A program made the position numbers and the translations under genes. 32,000 nucleotides of DNA from Candidatus Velamenicoccus archaeovorus. Lineage in GTDB: Bacteria > Omnitrophota > Gorgyraeia > Velamenicoccales > Velamenicoccaceae. Below are positions 24,370 through 31,550 of this stretch, one piece after another. The notes beneath the pieces are model-generated. The model was not told the origin of the DNA and did no database searches. It saw only the letters and a program-made list of their open reading frames with translations. Position 1 is the first letter of the stretch, and every line of letters begins with the position of its first letter. The stretch is from the NCBI RefSeq assembly GCF_004102945.1, contig NZ_CP019384.1, forward strand, positions 300,001-332,000. Reading direction: 5' to 3'.

Positions 24370-25212
24370 ATGAAAACGCGTAAAGTGAGCATCGGCGCCG
24401 TCGAGATCGGCGGCGGGCTGCCGCTGGTCCTTTTGGCCGGGCCGTGTGTCATCGAATCCGAGAAGGCCGTGATGACAGAGGCCGAGCGTCTGAAGGCCGT
24501 TTGTCGCCAGGCGGGCATTCCCTTGGTTTTTAAATCCAGCTACGATAAGGCCAACCGGACGTCGTTGTCGTCTTTTCGGGGGCCGGGGATCCGTCAGGGC
24601 TTGAAGGTCCTGCAGCGCGTCAAGAAGACATTCGGCATCCCGGTTTTAAGCGATGTCCACAGCGCCGACGAGGCCAAGGCCGCAGGCGAAGTCCTGGATT
24701 GCCTGCAGATCCCGGCTTTCCTGTGCCGGCAGACCGATATTCTCGTTGCGGCAGCCAGGACGAAGAAGGCCATCAACATTAAAAAAGGGCAGTTCCTTGC
24801 GCCGTGGAATATGGATGAGGTCATCAAGAAGATCGTCTCCAGCGGGAACCGCAAGATCCTTCTGACGGAGCGGGGCGTTTCTTTCGGTTATAACAATCTG
24901 GTCGTGGATTTCCGGAGCCTGGCGATCATGCGTCAACTGGGATATCCGGTGATCTTTGACGCTACGCACAGCGTTCAGCTCCCGGGCGGCCGCGGCACAT
25001 CGAGCGGAGGGGAGAAAAAATATGTCGCCGCCCTGTCGAGGGCCGCGGTGGCGTTCGGCTGTGACGGTCTGTTTTTGGAGGTCCACCAGAGGCCGGAAAA
25101 GGCCCTCTGTGATGGCCCCAATATGCTGTCTTTATCGGAATTGCCGCGTCTTCTGGAGACGGTCCGTGAGATCGGCCGTCTCGCCGACGGGGCCCGCAAG
25201 ACCAACGAATAG
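24370..25212 (+). CDS. kdsA: 2-dehydro-3-deoxyphosphooctonate aldolase (Kdo-8-P synthase)
   Basis: LLAGPCVIES ... FKSSYDKANRTS..SFRG ... LQIPAFLCRQTD ... NIKKGQF ... LTERG.SFGYNNLVVD ... FDATHSVQ.PGG are conserved KdsA motifs. Confidence 0.95.
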   Translation: MKTRKVSIGAVEIGGGLPLVLLAGPCVIESEKAVMTEAERLKAVCRQAGIPLVFKSSYDKANRTSLSSFRGPGIRQGLKVLQRVKKTFGIPVLSDVHSADEAKAAGEVLDCLQIPAFLCRQTDILVAAARTKKAINIKKGQFLAPWNMDEVIKKIVSSGNRKILLTERGVSFGYNNLVVDFRSLAIMRQLGYPVIFDATHSVQLPGGRGTSSGGEKKYVAALSRAAVAFGCDGLFLEVHQRPEKALCDGPNMLSLSELPRLLETVREIGRLADGARKTNE

Positions 25213-25221
25213 GACCAAACG

Positions 25222-26181
25222 ATGCATGGGAAGGAAGCGAGAAAAGTTTTAAAGATCGAAGCCGAGGCTGTCGGGGCCCTCATACGCCGGATCGACAAAA
25301 AGTTCGATGAGGCGATTGGGCTTTTAAGCGAATGCCGCGGCCGCGTCATTGTGACAGGCATGGGCAAAGGCGGTCTGGTCGGCCAGAAGATATCGGCCAC
25401 CCTTTCTTCGACAGGAACACCAAGCCTGTTTTTGCATTCCGCCGAGGCGATTCACGGCGATCTGGGGCGTGTCACCAAGGAAGATGTTGTCCTGGCGATT
25501 TCCAACAGCGGCGAGACCGAAGAGGTGGTCCGGCTCCTGCCTTTGATCAAAAAGATCGGTGTACGGCTCATTGCCTTGACGGGGAATCCCCGTTCGACCC
25601 TGGGCCGCCACAGCGATGTGACGCTGGATGTTTCCGTCAAAAAAGAGGCTTGTCCTTTGGGATTGGCGCCGACGGCTTCCACGACGGCGACGCTGGCCAT
25701 GGGCGACGCCATAGCCGTTTGTCTGCTGAAAAAAAAGGGATTCCGCCAAGAGGATTTCGCCTTTTATCATCCCGGCGGAGCGTTGGGAAAGAGGCTCCTT
25801 TTGAAGGTCGAAGATATCATGCGCCGGGGCGCTGCCAATCCCGTCGTGAAAGAGGATGCGCTTGTGCGCGACGTCCTCCTGAAGATCACGGAGGCGCGTG
25901 CAGGTGCCGCCAGCGTTGTCGACAAATCCGGCCAACTGACGGGGATCTTTACTGACGGAGACCTGCGCCGTCATGTGGAATCGGACAAGCATTTGGTGGT
26001 CAGGAAGGTCAAGGATGTCATGACGAAGGCCCCGGTGACGATCCCCAAGGACCATCTTGCCAGTGAAGCCCTCAGGATCCTCAAGGACAGGAGGATCGAC
26101 GAGGTGCCGATCGTCGATGCCAAACACCGCCCTATCGGGATGCTGGATGTGCAGGATTTGCTCAAGGCGGGGCTGGTCTAA
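25222..26181 (+). CDS. kdsD: arabinose-5-phosphate isomerase (SIS domain + tandem CBS domains)
   Basis: VIVTGMGKGGLVGQKISATLSSTGTPS.FLH..EA.HGDLG ... AISNSGET.E are KpsF/GutQ/KdsD motifs. The C-terminus carries a CBS pair. It sits in kdsA-kdsD-kdsC-lpt synteny. Confidence 0.92.
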   Translation: MHGKEARKVLKIEAEAVGALIRRIDKKFDEAIGLLSECRGRVIVTGMGKGGLVGQKISATLSSTGTPSLFLHSAEAIHGDLGRVTKEDVVLAISNSGETEEVVRLLPLIKKIGVRLIALTGNPRSTLGRHSDVTLDVSVKKEACPLGLAPTASTTATLAMGDAIAVCLLKKKGFRQEDFAFYHPGGALGKRLLLKVEDIMRRGAANPVVKEDALVRDVLLKITEARAGAASVVDKSGQLTGIFTDGDLRRHVESDKHLVVRKVKDVMTKAPVTIPKDHLASEALRILKDRRIDEVPIVDAKHRPIGMLDVQDLLKAGLV

Positions 26182-26199
26182 AAACAGTCAACCCATATT

Positions 26200-26230
26200 C
26201 CCCGGCCTTGCCCGAAGGGGCAGGCCGGGG
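26200..26230 (+). terminator. strong GC hairpin after kdsD (terminator-like, no U-tract); member of a short palindromic repeat family
   Basis: CCCCGGCC-t-TGCCC / GAAG loop / GGGCA-GGCCGGGG gives 13 bp with one bulge. The 18-mer CCCGGCCTTGCCCGAAGG (26201-26218) matches 20458-20475 at 17/18. A second hairpin, CTCCGC-N8-GCGGAG, lies at 26278-26297. Confidence 0.45.
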
Positions 26231-26370
26231 GGGTAGGCCGGGGCTTGTTTCGGGTACCTCTAAGCGGCCACAACACTCTCCGCTCTAAAGGGCGGAGCTT
26301 TACCGCGCAGAGTTAACGGGGAGGCGGGTTACGGATGTCTGGGTTAGAAATCAGTGCCGAAATACCTCTC

Positions 26371-26919
26371 ATGATTTCGAAAAAACTCCGGGATAAATTT
26401 AAAAAGATCAAGCTGCTGTTGTTGGATGTGGACGGCGTTCTGACGGATGGCCGTATCATTTACGACAGCGAAGGGCGCGACGCCAAATGTTTCGATGTTC
26501 ACGACGGGCTGGGCGTGGCCCTCTTGGCGCGCATGGGGATCAAGACGATCCTTGTGACAGCCAAGGGGTCGGGGTGCCTGGCGCATCGCGCCAAAGACAT
26601 GCGCGCGGAGGCGGTCTATAGGATGGACAGGAATAATAGCGCAGGTCACATTGCTAAGACCGAGGCGTACGCGAAGATATTGAAGAAATACGGCCTGCGG
26701 CATGAAAATATCTGTTTCGTCGGGGACGACCTTGTCGATCTCTGCGTTTTAAACATATGCGGTTTGCCGGTAGCGACGCGTAACGCCGTGGCCGAGGTCA
26801 GACGGGCCGCTGTCTATGTCACGCGGCATCCCGGAGGCCGCGGCGCCGTGCGCGAGATCGCGGAACTCATCCTGAGATCACAAGGTCGGTGGCAAGAGGC
26901 AGTAGAAAAATTCCTGTGA
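26371..26919 (+). CDS. kdsC: 3-deoxy-D-manno-octulosonate 8-phosphate phosphatase (HAD family)
   Basis: The HAD motif I is LLLLDVDGVLTDG.I.Y. Other motifs are F.V.DG.G, FVGDDLVD and GGRGAVREIAELIL..QG. The start could be 26335; the ATG at 26371 fits family length better. Confidence 0.88.
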   Translation: MISKKLRDKFKKIKLLLLDVDGVLTDGRIIYDSEGRDAKCFDVHDGLGVALLARMGIKTILVTAKGSGCLAHRAKDMRAEAVYRMDRNNSAGHIAKTEAYAKILKKYGLRHENICFVGDDLVDLCVLNICGLPVATRNAVAEVRRAAVYVTRHPGGRGAVREIAELILRSQGRWQEAVEKFL

Positions 26920-27827
26920 TGGCCAGAATATCCATTTTATGCTTGGCGCTGGTTGTCTCCATGTCCTCGGCGGCTTTTGGCTTCGCGGCGGATTCCAAAA
27001 ATCCATCTACCAGCGAGCCTCAGCAGATGGAAGATTTCAATATCGCCGGCTACGACGGGAAAGGACAAAAGACGTGGGAGGTGCAGGGCGCTTCCATGGA
27101 TATGGCCGGTAATGACGTCAAGGTTTCCGACATCACGGCCCATCTTTACGGGAACGAGAGGAACAAAGAAAACATGGTGCTGACCGCCGATCGCGGCCAA
27201 TTCGACAGGGCGACGGGCAAAGTCCGCCTGGAAGACAATGTGCGCGCCGTGACGGATACCGGCGCGGAATTGACGACGAGCGTCTTGGATTGGTCGCAGA
27301 AAGACCAAGTCATCTCTTCGGACGAGAAGGTCAATATTTCCCGGGACAATGTGACGGCGATAGGCGAAGGATTGGAAGCCAAATCCGACATGAAAGTGGC
27401 AAAGCTTGAGAAAGACGTCGTCGTGACGATGCAAGGAAACGGACAGGCGTCATCGGCGACCAAGACCCAGGGGGCGGCAGAGACCAAATCGAGCGGGCCG
27501 GGGAAAATGACGATCACCTGTGACGGGCCGATGGAGTTGGATTACGAACACCAGGTGGCGACTTTTGAGAAGAATGTGCAGGTGACCGGCGACGAAGACC
27601 AGGGGTCGATGGTGTCGGACAAGATGACCATTTATTTCAGCAGCCAGACCAAGCAGATCGACAGGATCGTGGCCGAAGGCCACGTCAAGATCACGCGTGA
27701 CGGGAATACGTCTTACAGCGATTCGGCCGTCTTCACTGCGGCGGACAGGAGGGTCGTCTTGACAGGGCGGCCGCACCTGGAAATCTTCACCGAAGAAGGC
27801 AGCGGGTTGTCCCATGTATCTCCTTGA
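26919..27827 (+). CDS. periplasmic LPS-transport protein with two OstA-like modules (LptC-like + LptA-like fusion)
   Basis: It has a signal peptide/anchor (MARISILCLALVVSMSSAAFG). The N-terminal module is LptC-like (FNIAGYDGKGQKTWEVQGASMD ... LTADRGQFDRATGKVRLEDNVR). A Gly/Ser/Thr/Ala-rich linker (nt 27432-27506) follows. The C-terminal module is LptA-like (ITCDGPMELDYEHQVATFEKNVQV ... AEGHVKITRDGNTSYSDSAVF ... VVLTG.P). It occupies the position between kdsC and lptB, as in the E. coli kdsC-lptC-lptA-lptB locus. The ATG overlaps the kdsC stop (TGATG). Confidence 0.7.
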   Translation: MARISILCLALVVSMSSAAFGFAADSKNPSTSEPQQMEDFNIAGYDGKGQKTWEVQGASMDMAGNDVKVSDITAHLYGNERNKENMVLTADRGQFDRATGKVRLEDNVRAVTDTGAELTTSVLDWSQKDQVISSDEKVNISRDNVTAIGEGLEAKSDMKVAKLEKDVVVTMQGNGQASSATKTQGAAETKSSGPGKMTITCDGPMELDYEHQVATFEKNVQVTGDEDQGSMVSDKMTIYFSSQTKQIDRIVAEGHVKITRDGNTSYSDSAVFTAADRRVVLTGRPHLEIFTEEGSGLSHVSP

Positions 27828-28536
27828 AGCCAAAGGACTGGTCAAGAGTTATCATCATCGCCGTGTCGTCGACAACGTCAACCTCGTCGTCAAGCGCGGT
27901 GAAATCGTCGGTCTCCTGGGACCGAACGGCGCCGGCAAGACGACGACATTCTACATGATCGTCGGCATCATCCCTCCGGAGGACGGCCAGATCATTTTTG
28001 ACAACAATGACATCACGCGTGTGCCGATCCATGCGAGGGCCCATTTCGGTATCGGCTATCTCGCGCAGGAGAGCTCGGTTTTTCGCAAGCTTACCGTTGA
28101 AGAGAACATCATGGCGATCCTGGAGACCCTGCCCATCTCTTTCAGGGAGCGCAAGAAGAGATTGGATCAATTGCTGGCGGAGCTCAAGATCGCACATTTG
28201 AAAAAGCACAAGGCTTATACGCTTTCCGGAGGCGAGCGCCGGCGCCTGGAGATCACCCGGGCGCTGGTGACGAATCCGTCGTTCATCCTGCTGGATGAAC
28301 CCTTTTCCGGTATCGATCCGATCGTCGTGGCCGATGCCCAGCAGATCATCAAGGAATTGAAAGAGAAGGGGCTTGGGGTTTTGTTGACGGACCACAACGT
28401 ACGCGAGACCCTCTCCATCACGGACAGGGCATACCTGATCGCCCAGGGGCGCATCCTGATCTCCGGGACTGCTTCCGATCTGATCAACGACGCGCGGGCG
28501 AGGGAATTGTACTTAGGGGAAAAGTTCAGGATGTAA
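27814..28536 (+). CDS. lptB: LPS export ABC transporter ATP-binding protein
   Basis: Walker A is GLLGPNGAGKTT, followed by GIGYLAQE, the signature LSGGERRRLEITRAL, Walker B ILLDEPF.GIDP and TDHNVRETL. These are close to the LptB consensus. It overlaps the upstream gene by 14 nt. Confidence 0.95.
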   Translation: MYLLEAKGLVKSYHHRRVVDNVNLVVKRGEIVGLLGPNGAGKTTTFYMIVGIIPPEDGQIIFDNNDITRVPIHARAHFGIGYLAQESSVFRKLTVEENIMAILETLPISFRERKKRLDQLLAELKIAHLKKHKAYTLSGGERRRLEITRALVTNPSFILLDEPFSGIDPIVVADAQQIIKELKEKGLGVLLTDHNVRETLSITDRAYLIAQGRILISGTASDLINDARARELYLGEKFRM

Positions 28537-28568
28537 GGCAGTGACAAAACGATCAAGGGGGCAAATGA

Positions 28569-29438
28569 ATGAAGGCGAAAAAAACAAAGACAAAAGAGAA
28601 CAAGGTGCTTCTTGACATAGAGGTGGCCCAGGAGCAAGTCAAAAAAAAGTACGATGAGGTTTATGAGAAGATCGGCCAGGAGGCAAAAATCCCCGGTTAC
28701 AGGCCCGGCAAGGCTCCGCGTCAGATCCTGGAACAACAGCACGGCGCCCTGGCGAGAGACGAAGTGCTCAAGAGCTTGATCACGGAAAGCTATGAACAGA
28801 CCGTCAAGGACGAGGCGATCGACGTCATCGACCTGCCGCAGATATCGGACGTCAAGCTGGAAGGGGAGGTCCTGACGTACAAGGCCGAGGTGGAGGTCAA
28901 GCCCGAGATCGCGATCAAGCAATATAAGGGGCTCAAGCTGAAAAAGCAGGAGATCAAGGTTGAGTCTTCAGACGTCGAAGAGTATCTCAAGCAGCTGAAA
29001 AAGGGCAGGTCCGAAGGTCTCTCCGAAGAGAAGCTGGCCAGGGGCCTGGGATACAAGACGAAAGAGGAATTCATCGATTGCATCCAGAAACAGCTGTTTT
29101 TGAAAAAAGAGAACGAGGAGCGCGCGCGCCTGGAAAAGGAACTCATCCAGCAGGTATTGAAACAGAGTTCTTTTGTCGTTCCGCAGACGCTCGTCACGCG
29201 CCGGGCCCATGAGCTGGAACATGAGGCGGAGCATCAGATGACCAGTTACGGTCTGCCGCCGGAGCGGATCCAGGAAAGGATCAAGGAGTTTGAACCGAAG
29301 TTCAAGGCGGAGGCGGAAGAACAGGTCAAGGTTTTTCTTGTTTTAGAGGCCGTCGCAAAGCTCGAGAAGATTCCGGTCGACGATCATGTGCTTAACCGCG
29401 TCGTTGAGTTCCTCTTTGCGGAAGCGGAATGGGAATAA
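28569..29438 (+). CDS. tig: trigger factor lacking the FKBP/PPIase domain (N-terminal ribosome-binding domain + C-terminal chaperone arm region only, 289 aa)
   Basis: The TF signature loop is IPGYRPGKAP (consensus GFRxGxxP). The N-domain runs to about ...VEEYLKQLKK. The sequence then continues directly into C-domain-like LSEEKLARGLGYKTKEEF ... VPQTLV ... VKVFLVLEAVAKLEKI. It sits immediately upstream of clpP, as in the canonical tig-clpP arrangement. Confidence 0.75.
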   Translation: MKAKKTKTKENKVLLDIEVAQEQVKKKYDEVYEKIGQEAKIPGYRPGKAPRQILEQQHGALARDEVLKSLITESYEQTVKDEAIDVIDLPQISDVKLEGEVLTYKAEVEVKPEIAIKQYKGLKLKKQEIKVESSDVEEYLKQLKKGRSEGLSEEKLARGLGYKTKEEFIDCIQKQLFLKKENEERARLEKELIQQVLKQSSFVVPQTLVTRRAHELEHEAEHQMTSYGLPPERIQERIKEFEPKFKAEAEEQVKVFLVLEAVAKLEKIPVDDHVLNRVVEFLFAEAEWE

Positions 29439-29442
29439 AAAC

Positions 29443-29473
29443 AGTGTCAGAGTGTCAAAGTATCATAGTGTCA
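29443..29473. repeat. four direct AGTRTCA units in exact 8-bp register
   Basis: AGTGTCA g AGTGTCA a AGTATCA t AGTGTCA, starting 5 nt after the tig stop codon. Confidence 0.85.
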
Positions 29474-29532
29474 CACTAAAAAAGAGAGTATTGCTATTTC
29501 TAAAATTCTTTTATATCAGGAAGCTTTTACTT

Positions 29533-29555
29533 TGACTCTTTGATACTGTGATACT
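29533..29555. promoter_or_regulatory. three inverted copies (TGAYWCT) of the same unit in 8-bp register, overlapping a candidate clpP promoter
   Basis: TGACTCT t TGATACT g TGATACT. A candidate -35 is TTTACT (29526-29531) and an extended -10 is TGtGATACT (29547-29555). The SD TAGGAGG lies at 29578-29584 and the ATG at 29589. Confidence 0.55.
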
Positions 29556-29588
29556 CTTCATTTTTGTTGTTTTTAAATAGGAGGATTT

Positions 29589-30188
29589 ATGACAAGATCA
29601 CAAATGCTGGTGCCTATGGTCATCGAGCAGACGGGTCATGTGGAGCGGGCCTATGACATTTATTCGAGGCTGCTCAAGGATCGCATCATCTTTATCGGCA
29701 CCCCTATCGACGATACCGTCGCCAATCTCGTGATCGCGCAGCTTTTGTTCCTGCAGATGGAAGACGTGACCAAGGATATCAGCGTCTATATCAATTCTCC
29801 CGGCGGTTCCGTGACGAGCGGCTTGGCGATCTACGATACGATGCAGTTCGTCAAATGTCCTGTGGCGACCTACTGCGTGGGTCAGGCCGCCAGCATGGGC
29901 GCGCTGCTTTTGAGCGCCGGACGCAAGGGGAAACGTTACGCATTGCCCAACTCGCGGATCATGATCCATCAGCCGTGGGGCGGCGTGCAGGGCGCGGCGG
30001 CGGATATCTCTATCCAGGCCAAAGAGATATTGAGGCTGCGCGAGATGCTGGAAAATATCCTTTGCAAGCATACCGGCCAGCCGCTCGACCGCATCAAGAA
30101 AGATTCCGACCGCGACTACTTTATGTCGTCGGAGGAAGCTCGGGCTTACGGCTTGATTGACGAAGTGATTGTGCCGGCAATGAAGTAG
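29589..30188 (+). CDS. clpP: ATP-dependent Clp protease proteolytic subunit
   Basis: [23 protein letters not shown]...AQLLFL ... [19 protein letters not shown] ... the catalytic Ser in GQAASMGA ... the catalytic His in IMIHQP. Confidence 0.97.
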   Translation: MTRSQMLVPMVIEQTGHVERAYDIYSRLLKDRIIFIGTPIDDTVANLVIAQLLFLQMEDVTKDISVYINSPGGSVTSGLAIYDTMQFVKCPVATYCVGQAASMGALLLSAGRKGKRYALPNSRIMIHQPWGGVQGAAADISIQAKEILRLREMLENILCKHTGQPLDRIKKDSDRDYFMSSEEARAYGLIDEVIVPAMK

Positions 30189-30195
30189 GAGATAA

Positions 30196-30356
30196 ACACC
30201 CAAACAATTCTTAAATAACCAAGCTCCAAGATACAATCATCAAACAATAACCAATCACCGGAATCCAATAACCAAATAGTATCGTTGTTTGTTTGATTAT
30301 GGGTGATTGTGATTTGGAATTTGTTTGGAACTTGTTTCTTGGTTGTTGGTGATTCA
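30196..30356 (+). repeat. GU-rich leader element, copy B: G-poor A/C-rich arm (30196-30280) followed by C-poor G/T-rich arm (30283-30356)
   Basis: The core CTTGTTTCTTGGTTGTTGGTGATT (30331-30354) matches 12765-12788 at 22/24. Nested complementary blocks AACCAAG (30217-30223)/CTTGGTT (30338-30344) and CAATCACC (30252-30259)/GGTGATTG (30302-30309) are symmetrically spaced, 28 nt apart on each arm. Confidence 0.6.
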
Positions 30357-30368
30357 CAGGAGGGTCCT

Positions 30369-31505
30369 ATGAAAAAAAATTATTTATTGACGCCGGGTCC
30401 GACGCCTCTTCCGCCGGAAGTCTGCGAGGCGCTTTCGCGTCCGATCATCCATCACCGCACGCCGCAGTTCCAGACCGTCTTGAAAGAGGTCCAGGAGAGC
30501 CTGAAGGCCGCTTTTCAGACCAAGAACGATGTGTTTATCCTGACGTCTTCGGGGACGGGGGCCATGGAATCTGCCGTGGTCAACCTTCTTTCTTGGGGAG
30601 ACAAGGCCCTGGTGATCCAGGGGGGGAAATTCGGAGAGCGCTGGACGGAGCTGTGTCAGGCCTACGGCGTCAAGCCAATCGTCATCGACGTCGAGTGGGG
30701 CAAGGCCCTTGACCCGCAGATCCTTAAGGATTATCTGGCCAAGGAACCGGCGATCAAGGCGGTCTTTTCGACGTTATGCGAGACGTCGACGGGCGTGGCG
30801 TTTGATATCAAGGGTTTTGCCCAAGTTACCAAAGAGACCGGCGCCGTTCTTGTCGTGGACGCGATCAGCGGGCTGGGCGCCATCGACCTTCAGATGGATG
30901 CATGGGGAGTGGACGTCGTCGTCTCCGGCTCTCAAAAAGGGTTCATGCTGCCGCCGGGGCTGGCGTTCATCTCCGTCAGCAAAAAAGCCTGGAAGCTTGT
31001 CGAAGAATCCAAGTGCCCCAAGTATTATTTCGATTTGAAGAGCGCCAAGAAGGCCTGCGACAAGACCGATACGCCGTTTACACCGGCGATCGGCATCGTC
31101 ATCGCCCTCAACGAAGCGCTCAAGATGATGAAGGCCGAGGGGTTTGAGAACATCTTTGCGCGTCACAAGAAGCTTGCGGATGCCACGCGCGCGGCGATGC
31201 CGGCGTTGGGCCTTTCGCTTTTTTCGACGGATGCCGCTTCGGATGCCGTGACGGCTGTCAGGGTCCCCGCGGGCATCGACGGGGAAAAGCTCGTCAAGAC
31301 CATGCGCGATGAATACGGCGTGACCATGGCCGGAGGCCAGGGGGAGATGAAAGGCAAGCTCTTCAGGGTCGCGCACATGGGTTATATCAGTGAGTTCGAC
31401 ATCATTCTCGGGATCGCCTGTCTGGAGAAGGTGCTGAAGAAGATGGGGCATGCCTTTGAGCTGGGCGCCGGAGTGAAGGCGGCGCAGGAAGTGCTTCTGA
31501 AATAG
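30369..31505 (+). CDS. class-V PLP aminotransferase (alanine-glyoxylate/serine-pyruvate family; probably phosphoserine aminotransferase role next to serA)
   Basis: LLTPGPTPLP.EV ... TSSGTGAMESAV ... the PLP-lysine motif VSGSQKGFMLPPGLAF. The SD AGGAGGG precedes the ATG at 30369; the ORF-track start at 30303 lies within the repeat element and was rejected. The functional guess rests on adjacency to serA and is an inference. Confidence 0.8.
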   Translation: MKKNYLLTPGPTPLPPEVCEALSRPIIHHRTPQFQTVLKEVQESLKAAFQTKNDVFILTSSGTGAMESAVVNLLSWGDKALVIQGGKFGERWTELCQAYGVKPIVIDVEWGKALDPQILKDYLAKEPAIKAVFSTLCETSTGVAFDIKGFAQVTKETGAVLVVDAISGLGAIDLQMDAWGVDVVVSGSQKGFMLPPGLAFISVSKKAWKLVEESKCPKYYFDLKSAKKACDKTDTPFTPAIGIVIALNEALKMMKAEGFENIFARHKKLADATRAAMPALGLSLFSTDAASDAVTAVRVPAGIDGEKLVKTMRDEYGVTMAGGQGEMKGKLFRVAHMGYISEFDIILGIACLEKVLKKMGHAFELGAGVKAAQEVLLK

Positions 31506-31550
31506 ACAAGAGGATTACGACGGTCAGCGGTAGAACAACGGAGAAGTTTT

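Noticed and set aside
29443-29555. The clpP upstream repeats as a CtsR operator or a CIRCE/HrcA element.
   Set aside because: CtsR boxes are GGTCAAA heptads spaced by 3 nt. CIRCE is a 9-bp inverted repeat, TTAGCACTC-N9-GAGTGCTAA. The units here are AGTRTCA spaced by 1 nt, arranged as 4 direct plus 3 inverted copies about 60 bp apart, so neither consensus fits.
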